From NCBI GenBank assembly GCA_964187785.1, contig OZ076414.1:68138001-68202000 (forward strand): a DNA stretch of 64,000 nt, written 5' to 3'. How positions within the stretch are numbered: the stretch's first letter is position 1; the number at the start of each line of letters is the position of its first letter. The notes under the pieces are model-generated. The model ran no database searches, had not been told where the DNA came from, and worked only from the letters and a program-made list of their open reading frames with translations. The translations under genes were made by a program, and so were the position numbers. This document shows positions 48,313-62,700 of the stretch, piece by piece. The stretch is from Amphiscolops sp. MND2022. Lineage: Eukaryota.

Positions 48313-51071
48313 ATCAGATACAGGTTTTATTGCGTGGGTTATGTGAGGGAAGTGGAGGAGTCCCTGACAGGCATCCAGGATGGCGCTATTGGACTTTAGG
48401 AAGGTGAGGCCTGGGATGGGGCCAGTGATTTTGCTAGCTACACTGAATGCGTCCTTAAACGTCCAATCACCTATTTCAAACTGTATTTGGATTGTCTTGA
48501 TCGGGGTTTCTTTGCCGCCATTTGCGACCTGTAGTTTGAAAGGCGGCGCATCAGATTCCTGCAAGATGTTAGTGGGGCTCATGTTTTTGAGTTTTTGGTA
48601 TTCATTCTCGGGCATGCAATTGACCAAGGCTCCTGAGTAGTTGAGGGCACCTATGGAGAAGTGTTGGAATTCCATTGGTGCGAATAGCATGCGTCTCTTC
48701 TGTTTAATTGCGATTGCCAAGAATATTGGTAGGCATTGCTCTCCCCCTGGATTGTTTGTAGTGGTGATATTTGCTTCTTGGTTGGCATCTAGTTGTAATA
48801 TCATATTGTTGTCACCTTGTTGGGCATTTCTGGGCCTGGGGTTTCCATCAATGTTGGGTTGCTGGTGTTGATTGATCTCACAAGTCTGTGCCCGTTTGAT
48901 GCGTCTTGGTTTTGGTGCTGAGTTAGCGGTGATTGTAGTTGCGGGGTTGTTGGGGGGGATTCCCCAGCTTTGTGTGTGCCTGGTACGTCGGTGATGGAAG
49001 TTCCTGAGTCGATGGCACATTTCTTTTTTGGGTGTTCAGGACTTTGAGGGGATGATGGCGATGACGTCATTGCAGCCCGGATTTCGTTTGTGGCTGCCGG
49101 AACTCTTGAGGGTGACCTGTGTTTGCTCATGATGGGGGTATGTGGTTTGAGGATTGGTTGGAGAGGTATCGCAGGCGGTGGGACGATGACTTGTATCTCC
49201 TGACCTTGTTCCTCGGCTTGTTGTACGGGTGAATGACTGTCGTTGCCATCATCTCGCCTTTTGGTGTTGTCCAAATTCATGTTCGTCCTTTTGACGATGT
49301 CGTGGAAGGGTACATTGATCGTCTCTTTGAATGTTAGGGTTACTTGGTCGTATAAGTCAGGGTTGTGGTAAGGGTCACAATCGTAGTCTGGGTCATGTAT
49401 ATAAGTGAGAGAAGTGGAACTGGGTGGGAGAGGGCCTCTAGTTGTGTTGTATTGTTGGGGGTTCTCTTGATACCATTCCGGGTAAGGTAGTTTGTCGATG
49501 GTAGATTTGTTGAATTTTATGAGGCGCCTTATGAGCCATCTCCGCTGCCAATCGGTAGATGGTTCACCGGAACACTCCGCAAACATTTCTAAATCATGGT
49601 CCTTCGGGGGTTCAGATGTTGTATAGAATCGATAATCGATGTAATCCCCGAAGCGAAGACGTGGCTTTAGGAGTTTTTTGACTCCTTTTCTTGTGGTGCC
49701 ATGGTTTGTGGCTGTTGCATTGGGATAGTTTGTGGATGTTGGGCGATGGGAATATTGTTGGGTGGCGTTGTTTTGGGCGTTTTCCACCATGTGGGGCGGT
49801 TTACCCAATTCGCTCCTGAGTATCAGTCTTCCGTCTCGTGGCTCATTTTGCCGCATGTTTCTCACGGTGTGGCTTGTGTTGTTGTGTGGGTTCTTTGGGA
49901 TTGTTTGTCCCTGTTGGTTTTGCGGCAGTTTCGTAGTAGATGTCCCGGATTGCCGCACCCGAAGCATGTTCCCGTTGTTCTGGGGGGTTTGTTCTGTTGT
50001 TGCTGTAGTCTGGGTTCAAGGATGTGTACCACTGTTATTGATGTGCTGTCGGTAGTGGCGAGTCCATTGAGCTCAATTTCCCGCTCCAAGTGCTGTACCA
50101 TGGTTTCGTACGTTTCTGTTCCGAGTCTGGCCTAGTTTAGGACCTTCTTGAGGTGTGGTGGCATCTTGGCATAGAAGGAGGTTTCTATGAAACGGAGATT
50201 GTCCTCCCCGTAAGCTTCTTGAGCAAACTTTTGGTACTGCTCTAGAAATCTGGGAATGTTTGTTGGCTTGGGTTGAACGACAGATTTTCCCATTTGCAGC
50301 GTGCTGTTGCCACTGACTGTTTTCTTACATATTGTCGGCGGAAGCCCGCAAAGATATCATTCAGGTGTTCTCGTGTTGCTTCGGTCATGTTCCTGAATGT
50401 TTGTAATGCTTCGCCTCTCAGGAGAGAATGAAAGTAATGAATCTTTTCCTCTTCTGTGATATTCGGGTACACTTTGAGGCGTGTCTGAAAAAGGTCCTCA
50501 AAGTGCTTTAACTTGTCTGTTTTTCCGTCGAATGTTGGCATAGTGGTAGACATGGCGTTTGGTAGCCTGGGGACGCCTGAGTTGTGGCTGGTTGCGTTTG
50601 TAACGATTGTAGTAGTTTATCGATGATGTCATCGTGATACCTCTGGTTTGGAGGTGGCAGGCTTGATGATCGCTGATGGTTGTTGTCTTGCTGGTTCGCT
50701 GAAACTCCTGTCACCATGTGTTGACTCATGTCCTGGCAGAACTCCCCTAATTCAATTGGTCTGGGTTCAAGACCTTCGTTCTCAGCGCTCACTCTATTTG
50801 GACCATAATTTGTGTTGCCAGGCGTTCTATCAGTCAACGAATCTATTTTAGACGTTAAGTTTTCTATCATTTTAAGGATTTCCCGTTGGCCGGTTTCAGT
50901 TTCCTTAATTCTTTTACTCACTGACTTTTCATTTTTCTCCGACAATTCTGCGAAGTCTTTGTCAGAAATACTGGGGGCGTTTTCTGTTCTCATACTCGAG
51001 GAATCAGGTTCATCCACTGAGCTGGTAATTGACTCTCGTCTAGCTTTCCACTTGGAACTTCGCTCAGGCAT
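48313..51071 (-). pseudogene. gag: gag, long linker and protease of element B
   Basis: MPERSS start; MPTFDGK...HSLLRGEALQTF capsid; CFGCGNPGHLLRNC knuckle; degenerate protease ALNYSGALVN, ILGLTFL-like flap region. Confidence 0.88.
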
Positions 51072-51697
51072 TCTATTTGGATAAGAATCTCGAAATCTTT
51101 TTAAGAATAGTTCGAACTAGCTTGCAAACAAGGAAATTGCAGAGCGCAAAAATTTTTTTATCGTTTAATTAGAAAGCAATTATTTGGCAACGAAAGGGTT
51201 TAATCAACTAAATTGGCTTCCAAGTTTCAGCGTATTTATATCGTTCCGAAGAGCGGGGGAAAACACAACTACATTTCACATTCTGTTCGGCCTAGCGTCC
51301 GTCCGAGGCGGGGAAACCGGAAGCTCAGTTCCACTTTGTTGAACTCAGACCTTCAGCTTGTTCATGCTTTCCGGAGAAAGCACGCGTCCACTTCCTGTCT
51401 GAGTTCCGACTCCGCTTCCCTTCACCCCCAATTTTCCGCCTCTTCAAGACGCCGAAGCTGAAATTGGCAATGGCAAACGCGATTACTCACGTTGTTTTCC
51501 AAGTTAACTGAAATAGCATCGATTTAGCCTGAAAATTAACAAAATCACGTACGGGATTACAAATAAATGGAGAGAACCGCTTATGCGGCGTTTACAGCGC
51601 CGATTTAGCTGAAACTATAAAGCCTTAGTCCCAGGCTATAGTGCGGGACGGACAAAATTTACTTGAGGAAAGGGAAGCAAATTTTAGTGACAAATAC

Positions 51698-52567
51698 TGT
51701 CAGAAGCCTCGTTCAGGGAGATGGCTAACATAATTTAACAGCAACAGGTTCAGAGAACATGATATACATGTTACTAATGCGTACAATATTATTTAACACC
51801 AAACCTGGGGCACAGGCCATAGTCCAGGCTTGTTTATTCACTAATCACGATTTACATGCAAAAATCATTATATGTAACATCTTAAACAGCAACATTATTC
51901 ATGATCACAGTTAAAAAGCTCCAGATTTATTTCTGAACGAAATTACATAGCAACATTAACATTTTCCACTTTTATGATTGACTTGATACATGTTTATTTT
52001 CAGGCCGCATCCCAGGCCGCGGTATATAGTATTCTATGCAGTTAGTACAAAATTTCGATTATTTGTACAATCACACGCGTATCATCATTTAGCCTTTGTA
52101 AGAGGTATCAGAGTGCTTACATGTACTGATAAAATCTTTCAATTCTATGGTGTTATGCTTAGCAGCGTGATTTAGTCTCAGGCCGCTGAATTTGGGGCCG
52201 GCCGCCAGGCCGCAGTTCCGCTTTAGAATTGTTTGGCCGCTCGTTAGGCGTGTGATTCGCATATTATTAACTGCAGCACTACATTACTATTATTATTAAC
52301 TGCACCATAGCTCCGTTATGCTGCAAGTACGTATGTATATAAGTGTACATTATTATATAAACACTAATATGTATATATGTATATATTTATTGATCCAATT
52401 TTTTCACATATTATATTATTTAGCGCCATTGTTTCAGGTTGTATGGATTAGACTGATTGTTGGTTAGTTATTTGTTTTCGTTCACTTTTTCGTCCATTTC
52501 CTAATTCAATCTCCAAAGACTGGGTTAGATTTGCTGCAGAACTCACAGCTCAGGTGAGGCTGTGACA
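51698..52567 (-). repeat. 5' LTR of element B
   Basis: Direct repeat of 34631-35535 with small deletions; TGTCA...TGACA termini. Confidence 0.78.
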
Positions 52568-53013
52568 ATATCATTCATGGGCACTCAGATCAGCATGCTG
52601 ACATGTCCCAAAAAGAGTCCTCATCGAGACAAGATTAACCCACTCTTTTTCAGAAAGACATTCCTCCCAAGATTTGCGAGACAAATGGTAATAATGATTA
52701 CATAGTGGTCCTTTAGTTTGGAAAAAAAAACATTTTCACTGGCAAGTCGGTTCAGCAGTTACATACAGGAATGTTTTTCTTCTCAACTACAGAAGGGAAG
52801 CAGGATACCAAATTGCAATCATGATATTCACCCAAATCCTAAACTTTTTCCAAAAGAGTCGAATTCTATCCATATAAAAATGAAAGTTCTACATGACGAG
52901 ATATTGTGTTACTGTGCAGTTGCGGGACATTAGTACTTGGTAGTATCCATAACTGCTTGTTTGGACATGACGAAGAGCTTTGGGTTGATCTTTGATACAT
53001 CTACGTTCTGCAA

Positions 53014-56000
53014 CATACTTCAATGTGCATCAGTAAATTCACTTTGCATCAATGCACTTCGATGTGCATCAACGTACTTCACTGTACATCAATGTGCATC
53101 AAATTACATCACTGTGCATCAAATCACTTCAATTTCCTTGATAGTATTTTACCGTGAATCAATGTGTATCAATGTACTTCAATGTGCATCAATGCACTTC
53201 AATGTCAATGAGTGCACATCACTGTACATCAATGTGCATCAATACACTTCAATGTGCATCAATGCACTTCAATGTCCATGAAAGCTAATCACTGTACATG
53301 AATGTGCATCAATACACTTCAATGCGCATCAATTCACTTCAATTTCCATGAATGTATTTTACCGTGAATCAATGTGTATCAATGTACTTAAACGTGCATC
53401 AATGCACTTCAATGTCCATGAATGCACATCACTGTACATCAATGTGCATCAATACACTTCAATGCGCATCAATTCACTTCAGTTTCCATGAATGTATTTT
53501 ACCGTGAATCAATGTGTATCAATGTACTTAAACGTGCATCAATGCACTTCAATGTCCTTGAATGCACATCACTGTACATCACAGTGCATCAATACACTTC
53601 AATGCACATCAACGCACTTTCAATTTCCATGAATGTATTTTACCGTGAATCAATGTGTATCAATGTACTTGAATGTACATCAATGCACTTCAATGTCCAT
53701 GAATGCACATCACTGTACATCAATGTGCATCAATACACTTCAATGTGCATCAAATCACTTCAATATTCACGAATGTATTTTACCGTGAATCAATGTGTCC
53801 CTAGTTGAGACTGCTGGAGCTTTTCACATGCTGCAGCCCTGCGTGTAGGGAAATTTTTCATAAAACCTAGAAAATTCAGTGAGGTTCCGGTGGTAAATCT
53901 TGTTGACGTGCACTGAATTTTCCACTACTGCAATTAAATTTGAAAATATTTGACGTTTCTTTTACGGACACGATCACGTTGTATTCACACATTCATTTGT
54001 CAACTACTCATCCGATTTAATCACCGCTTTTCAAATAGGACGCTGAAATAGACGCTAAATTGCTTTTCACCTTGTGATTGAAATTTATTTGCATTAATAT
54101 GGCGGCAAAATTGTTGACGTCTCAGCTGCATTTAAAATTCGAACTGATGCATATTAAAATCTGCGAAACTTCGAGGCTTAAAGTCGCCGCCAAAACTTTG
54201 ATGATTTGTTAAAGAAGCTTGATAAAAGTTGGCGACAACAGGGAAATATCAACGCATTAAAGTTTTCATAAGATATTTAGAAAATAATAATAAAAGTTGA
54301 TGGCAACATTAAAGTACATGTAAAAAGTTCAAGCATGTTCAAAAAGGGGTATCAATGTACTTCAATATGCATCAATGCACTTCAATGTCCATGAATGCAC
54401 ATCAATGTCCATGAATGCACATCACTGTACATCAATGTGCATCAATACACTTCAATGTGCATCAATGCACTTCAATGTCCATGAAAGCACATCACTGTAC
54501 ATCAAGGTGCATCAATATACTTCAATGTGCATCAATGCACTTCAATGTCCATGAATGTATTTTACCGTGAATCAATGTGTATCAATGTACTTAAATGTGC
54601 ATCAATGCACTTCAATGTCCATGAATGCACATCACTGTACATCAATGTGCATCAATACACTTCACTGTGCATCAAATCACTTCAATATCCATGAATGTAT
54701 TTTACCGTGAATCAATGTGTCCCTAGTTGAGACTGCTGAAACATTTTACACGCTGNNNNNNNNNNNNNNNNNNNNNNNNNNNNNNNNNNNNNNNNNNNNN
54801 NNNNNNNNNNNNNNNNNNNNNNNNNNNNNNNNNNNNNNNNNNNNNNNNNNNNNNNNNNNNNNNNNNNNNNNNNNNNNNNNNNNNNNNNNNNNNNNNNNNN
54901 NNNNNNNNNNNNNNNNNNNNNNNNNNNNNNNNNNNNNNNNNNNNNNNNNNNNNNNNNNNNNNNNNNNNNNNNNNNNNNNNNNNNNNNNNNNNNNNNNNNN
55001 NNNNNNNNNNNNNNNNNNNNNNNNNNNNNNNNNNNNNNNNNNNNNNNNNNNNNNNNNNNNNNNNNNNNNNNNNNNNNNNNNNNNNNNNNNNNNNNNNNNN
55101 NNNNNNNNNNNNNNNNNNNNNNNNNNNNNNNNNNNNNNNNNNNNNNNNNNNNNNNNNNNNNNNNNNNNNNNNNNNNNNNNNNNNNNNNNNNNNNNNNNNN
55201 NNNNNNNNNNNNNNNNNNNNNNNNNNNNNNNNNNNNNNNNNNNNNNNNNNNNNNNNNNNNNNNNNNNNNNNNNNNNNNNNNNNNNNNNNNNNNNNNNNNN
55301 NNNNNNNNNNNNNNNNNNNNNNNNNNNNNNNNNNNNNNNNNNNNNNNNNNNNNNTAAAACCTAGAAAATTCAGTAAGGTTCCGGTGGTAAATCTTGTAAA
55401 AGTGCACTGAATTTTCCACTACTGCAATTAAATTTGAAAATATTTGACATTTCTTTCACGGACACGATCACGTTGTATTCACACATGTATTTCTCAACTA
55501 CTCATCCGATTTAATCACCGCTTCTCAAATAGGACGCTGAAATAGACGCTAAGTTGCTTTTTACCTTGTGATTGAAATTTATTTGCATTAAAACGGCGGC
55601 AAAATTGTTGACGTCTCAGCTGCATTTAAAATTAGAACTGATGCATATTAAAATCTGCAAAACTTCAAGGCTTAAAGTCGCAGCCAAAACTTTGATGATT
55701 CGTTAAAGATGCTTGATAAAAGTTGGCGACAACAGGGAAATATCCACGCATTAAAGTTCTCATAAGATATTTAGAAAATCATAATAAAAGTTGATGACAA
55801 CATTAAAGTACATAAAAAAAGTTCAAGCATGTTCAACAAGGGGTATCAATGTACATCAATGTACATCAATGCACTTCAATGTCCATGAAAGCACATCACT
55901 GTACATCAATGTCCATGAAAATACTTCAGTGTGCATCAATGCACTTCAATGTCCATGAATGCACATCAATGTACTTCAATGTGCATCAATACACTTCAAT

Positions 56001-59000
56001 GCGCATCAATGCACCTTGTGATTGAAATTTATTTGCATTAATATGGCGGCAAAGTTGTTGACGTCTCAGCTGCATTTAAAATTCGAACTGATTCATATTA
56101 AAATTTGCAAAACTTCGAGGCTTAAAGTCGCCGCCAAAACTTTGATAATTTGTTAAAGAAGCTTGATAAAAGTTGGCGACAACAGGGAAATATTAACGCA
56201 TTAAAGTTTTCATAAGATATTTAGAAAATAATAATAAAAGTTGATGGCAACATTAAAGTACATGTAAAAAGTTTGCTTTTTACATTGTGAATGAAATTAA
56301 TTTCTTTAAAATGGCGGCAAAATTGTTGACGTCCCAGCTGCATTTAAAATTAGAACTGATGCATATTAAAACCTGCAAAACTTCAAGGCTTAAAGTCGCC
56401 GCCAAACCTTTGATGATTTGTTGAAGAAGCTTGATAAACTTGGCGAAAACAGGGATATATCAACGCATTAAAGTTTCCATAAGATTATTAGAAAATCATA
56501 ATAAAAGTTGATGGCAACATTAAAGTACATGTAAAAAGTTCAAGCATGTTCAAAAAGGGGTATCAATGTACTTCAATGTGCATCAATGCACTTCAATGTC
56601 CATGAATGCACATCAATGTCCATGATTGCACATCACTGTACATCAATGTGCATCAATACACTTCAATGTGCATCAATGCACTTCAATGTCCATGAAAGCA
56701 CATCACTGTACATCAAGGTGCATCAATATACTTCAATGTGCATCAATGCACTTCAATGTCCATGAATGTATTTTACCGTGAATCAATGTGTATCAATGTA
56801 CTTAAATGTGCATCAATGCACTTCAATGTCCATGAATGCACATCACTGTACATCAATGTGCATCAATACACTTCACTGTGCATCAAATCACTTCAATATC
56901 CATGAATGTATTTTACTGTGAATCAATGTGTCCCTAGTTGAGACTGCTGGAACATTTTACATGCTGCAGGCCTGCATGTAGGGAAATTTTTTTTATAAAA
57001 CCTAGAAAATTCAGTAAGGTTCCGGTGGTAAATCTTGTAAAAGTGCACTGAATTTTCCACTACTGCAATTAAATTTGAAAATATTTGACATTTCTTTCAC
57101 GGACACGATCACGTTGTATTCACACATGTATTTCTCAACTACTCATCCGATTTAATCACCGCTTCTCAAATAGGACGCTGAAATAGACGCTAAGTTGCTT
57201 TTTACCTTGTGATTGAAATTTATTTGCATTAAAACGGCGGCAAAAATGTTGACGTCTCAGCTGCATTAAAATAAGAACTGATGCATATTAAAATCTGCAA
57301 AACTTCAAGGCTTAAAGTCGCAGCCAAAACTTTGATGATTCGTTAAAGATGCTTGATAAAAGTTGGCGACAACAGGGAAATATCCACGCATTAAAGTTCT
57401 CATAAGATATTTAGAAAATCATAATAAAAGTTGATGACAACATTAAAGTACATGTAAAAAGTTCAAGCATGTTCAACAAGGGGTATCAATGTACATCAAT
57501 GTACATCAATGCACTTCAATGTCCATGAAAGCACATCACTGTACATCAATGTCCATCAAAATACTTCAATGTGCATCAATGCACTTCAATGTCCATGAAT
57601 GCACATCAATGTACTTCAATGTGCATCAATACACTTCAATGCGCATCAATGCACTTCAATTTCCATGAATGTATTTTACCGTGAATCAATGTGTATCAAT
57701 GTACTTCAATGTGCATCAATACACTTCAATGCGCATCAATGCACTTCAGTTTCCATGAATGTTTTTTACCATGAATCAATGTGTATCAATATACTTAAAT
57801 GTGCAGCAATGCACTTCAATGTCCATGAATGCACATCACTGTACATCAATGTGCATCAATACACTTCAATGTGCATCAAATCACTTCAATATCCATGAAT
57901 GTATTTTACCGTGAATCAATGTGTCCCTAGTTGAGACTGCTGGAACTTTTTACATGCTGCAGGCCTGCATGTAGGGAAAATTTTTATAAAACCTAGAAAA
58001 CTCAGTAAGGTTCCAGTGGTAAATCTTGTAGAATTGCACTTCATTTTTTACTACTGCAACTAAATTTGAGAATAATTCATACTTCTTTTACGGACACGAT
58101 CACGTTGTATTCACACATTAATTTCTCAACTACTCATCCGATTTAATCACCGCTTTTCAAATAGGACGCAGAAGATGACGCTAGTTTGCTTTTTACATTG
58201 TGAATGAAATTAATTTCTTTAAAATGGCGGCAAAATTGTTGACGTCCCAGCTGCATTTAAAATTAGAACTGATGCATATTAAAACCTGCAAAACTTCAAG
58301 GCTTAAAGTCGCCGCCAAACCTTTGATGATTTGTTGAAGAAGCTTGATAAACTTGGCGAAAACAGGGATATATCAACGCATTAAAGTTTCCATAAGATTA
58401 TTAGAAAATCATAATAAAAGTTGATGGCAACATTAAAGTACACGTAAAAAGTTCAAGCATGTTCAAAAAGGGGTATCAAGGTACTTCAATGTGCATCAAT
58501 GCACTTCAATGTCCATGAATGCACATCAATGTCCATGAATGCACATCACTGTACATCAATGTGCATCAATACACTTCAATGCGCATCAATGCACTTCAAT
58601 TTCCATGAATGTATTTTACCGTGAATCAATGTGTCTCAATGTACTTAAATGTGCATCAATGCACTCTAATGTGCATCAATGCACATCAATGTCCATGAAT
58701 GCACATCACTGTACATCAATGTGCATCAATACACTTCAATGCGCATCAATGCACTTCAATTTCCATGAATGTATTTTACCGTGAATCAATGTGCATCAAT
58801 GCACTTCAATGTGCATCAATGCACATCAATGTGCATCATTGCACTTAAATGTCCATGAATGCACATCACTGTACATCAATGTGCATCAATGCACTTCAAT
58901 TTCCGTGAATGTATTTTACCGTGAATTAATGTGTATCAATGTACTTCAATGTGCATCAATGTACTTCAATGTCCATGAATTCACATTATTGTACATCAAA

Positions 59001-59077
59001 GAGTATGAATGCACTTCAATGTACATCAATGCACATCAATGTGCATCAATGCACTTCAATGTCCATGAATGCACATC
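53014..59077. repeat. Composite satellite: 10-bp-unit repeat (CATCAATGTG/CTTCAATGTC/CATGAATGCA variants) alternating with CACTA-like MITE copies
   Basis: Clear 10-bp periodicity; recurrent marker GTATTTTACCGTGAATCAATGTGT; MITE copies at 53799-54348, 54721-(gap)-55842, partials 56013-56559, 56932-57482, 57925-58472. Confidence 0.95.
54756..55354. other. Assembly gap (599 N)
   Basis: N run inside the satellite. Confidence 1.
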
Positions 59078-59709
59078 TGCCGTGCCTGACGCATGAAAAT
59101 AATTGCATACGAAAGTGAAGAAAGCTGTTGAACAAACTGCATCATAAAACTAAAACACGAAAACATTCATAGTGCATCGTTTAGATTCAATTCTCAAACT
59201 ACTAGCGTTTCATAAACATAAATCATACATTTTCCTTCATGTGATTTTTAAAATGATTCACGATATCATTATTAACGTCGTTTGTAATGTAGATGACAGA
59301 TCATCATCAGCCCCATTTTAGTCTTAGTGCATTATGATTAAATGTCCATTTTAACCATCGATACATATAACGTTGGCTGCATCACTACATAGCAATACCA
59401 TTTGTACCAAATTATACCATTCGCACCAAATTAGCTAGTCATGTTACTATGGTAACGCAACTACCAAAAGTAGACTCAAACCACGCTACCACCAACCAAG
59501 TTGCTAAATAACACAATCAAAATACTGATATGTGATTGGTCGATGTACTCAAGCGAACTACGTCGACATACTCAATAGTCGATGAAAAGGCGCCATCAGA
59601 GAATTAGTTATACAATACAGTGCAGTCGCTATTACCACATACCTTCCCGTATAATCCAACCTTTCAACCTGTTCAATTCATACTTCAAAACTATTATATT
59701 TTTTCCTTT

Positions 59710-62700
59710 ATGGTTAAAACAAGATCACAGACACTTAGAGCTAATCAGATTGAACCGAACGATATGGATAGACACAGTGATTCTGAAAGCGAATATAGTA
59801 TTCCCGAAGTCCTTACTAGGGAACAATTTATTGAATTTTTTGATGGAGATGTACTGAATTACCAAAACAATTCTGGACGAGATTCTGTTAACCAACGTTT
59901 CTCCGACATGAATAAACAAATAAACGAGTTGACAAATTTAGTACTTGCGTTGACCGAAAAGGTATCCTCTAGCAATAGAGAAGGGAACGAATTAAACACT
60001 GTCTCAAACAGTCATGAGGCACGTTCCGACATGGTGACAGGAGTTCAGACAAACAATACCCAGACGAACCCAATGCGCCCACCCACATCGCATTACCGTC
60101 AGTCATCCGCCCACCAAATTGATGACATAGTCACTGAAATACACCACCTGAGAGACACGATGACGGATACTGTACAACATCCGAAAATCCTCCACACACA
60201 GGTTCCACTCGTCAGAGGCAACAGGGAGAAATACAATGAATTTGAACACCTCCGTCTCAACCACCTCAGGCCACACCAACACAAACTGTCAGAGGAGCAG
60301 AAACTGACGTACTTTCAGAGCCTGCTTCGTGATGATGCCATCGAATTCTGGCAATCACTGAAGATAACAACCCAAACGACGTTGGCGCAAGTTTTGCGTT
60401 ACTTCAAGAAAGAATACGCAAAAGAAGACTTGAAAGAAGTGTCCAAATACAAATTTGATTAAATGCGCTATGGCCCGACAGCAGAGACCTTCAACGAATT
60501 TCTCAATGAATTTAAAAGGGTGGCGAAACAAGCGTTTGGAGATGGATCCGGCGACATGACCGAGACCTTACTGTTCACCAAACTTCCCGTTCAAATGAAA
60601 AACGAACTTGCAATGGCAGGAAAGCATGATGCTTCAATGGAGGAAATCCGAACATTCGTGCAACGCAGATGTCAGTATGCACAACTCCTCCCAACAAACT
60701 CTAGTGCACAACCATTCAACCAGAAAAATGCACCACAACCACCAGCAACTACAAAATTTCCAATCTCAACACCAACAGAACAGGGATACGAAGAGGAAAT
60801 TTGATGGCCAATGCCGATATTGTGGCATAAATGGACATAAGTGGGCAGAATGTCGAAAACGACTCCGGGAACAAAACCAAGGCAAACCAACGAATTCAAA
60901 CTCGCAACCCGCCAGCCAATCCAGCCAAGAACAACAACCCAAACCCAAATACAATTCAAAACTAGTCTGTCAGATTTGCGGAAAGGTGGGACATTCAGCC
61001 CGAGACTGTTACTAAAGGAATACTTCAACTTATACTTGAGAAACTACAAACTTCGTCATCACAAGACATTCAACTGATGTCTACACCATTAAACCGAAGG
61101 AGCTGAAACGAAGACCCGAAGTCAACAACGCAAAACCAGTACATCAAAGCAACACAATGCCTGAGTTGCCGAATGCTGTCGAACAACCAACACTCCCGCA
61201 GCCAAACAATCAGCCGAAGAAACCAAAATTCGAAATTCTTCGCCAGCTGAGTGCCACCTTGCCTTGCAACTCAACAAGAAATACAGGATGTTGTACGTAC
61301 CACTTCAATTTCGTGCATACGAAAATTTTGGCTTTTTTGATACCGGTGCAATCCAAATTGCACTATCAGAAACAGAACTCCGTGGCATCCTCTCAGCACA
61401 CCCAGCAGCCCTTCTCCAAGAACTCCCTGCCCCGGAGTTCAAGGTGCAAATCGCTAATGGCAACATTGTACCAGTGAGGTAGCAAGTTCTACTACGATTT
61501 TTCATTGGCGGAGAACTATTCATGGTTCTGCGGACCATGGGGAACGTACTCATTGGAATGTCATTATTTAAGAAATACTCCGTTACCCTTGACCTGGCTA
61601 ACAACATCGTCAAATTCAAGGACATCACCCTCCAGCTACGATCGGTTGACGGGAAATTCAAAAACTAGCTACTCGAACTGAAAACTCAGAAGATTGTCAT
61701 CCAACCCAACCAACAAGTATTCGTCCCAGTGGTGATTGATGACCCCTAAGCGACATCACTGGTACTGTGGAAGGACTACCCTCCTTTGAACGACGTTCAC
61801 ACCTCTTGGAGTCCCCGGCTCTCAGCGAGACACAGGAGGGTCGGGCACATATCCAAATCACCAACGCTCTTGACTACCAGATAACCATCAATGTGGGCAC
61901 CGCAGTAGCATCATTCAAGATCATGACACCAAAACAAGCCAAAAATCTACAACCGATGACTGAACACCAACTCAATCTGATCTCACGATACCCAGATGAT
62001 ACCGAAGTAATTTTGAATCAAATATTCCGGGATCCAACTACGAAATCAGACAGAAGGTGGTACCCTACCCCTGAGACATGTGATGACCCGTCAAAACTCA
62101 ACAAGATCGAAAGACGTATCTACGACGAGATCATCAAACTCAGGGAAGAGGAGAAATTGGATCCAACTGTGAACGAAGAACAACGGCAAGAGTTCCTGAC
62201 AAACTTTCAGTGGGAACAGTCAATCCCGAGCCAACCCGAGAAGCAAACATTTGAGGCTCTACTGGTCAAGTACCATGACAGCTTTGCCAGGCAGAGACTG
62301 GATATAGGGATCAACACTGAGTTCAAGATAAAGTTGACTCCCAAACACGACGAACCAGTCTATGCTCAAAGCTTACCCACTCCGAAGAACCTGAAAGATG
62401 ACTTGCTAGTTGAATTAGCACTGATGCAGGAGTACGGTATCATCACCAAATTACCGTACAGTAATTACTCATCACCCATCTTTGCTCAGCGTAAACCGAA
62501 TGGGAAGCTTAGAACTCTTGTCGACGTCAGACGGATCAATCACTTATTGAAGAATGACTACAACCAGCATAACCACCCAGTGACGTGCCTGAAATCACCA
62601 CTGCACAAAACCCTACATTACAAACCCTACTAGCAATTTTCCCGCGACTACATCATGAAGATGACGAACAGTACCACAGACGTATAGACGAAATCCAATC

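Larger units (their letters stand above)
34631..52567 (-). mobile_element. Ty3/Gypsy LTR retrotransposon B (~13.8 kb without the nested LINE)
   Basis: Two LTRs, PPT, gag-PR-RT-RH-INT; ~4.8-kb extra region between pol end and the 3' LTR. Confidence 0.88.

Noticed and set aside
54712-55419. Long ORFs in the track (also 22941-23735)
   Set aside because: Open only because they run through N gaps.
52937-59096. Cys/His-rich ORFs (MHINVLQCAS... etc.) resembling zinc-finger proteins
   Set aside because: They are translations of the 10-bp satellite; the periodicity explains the residues.
59080-59700. 5' LTR and PBS for element C
   Set aside because: No second copy in the window and no convincing tRNA-complementary site.
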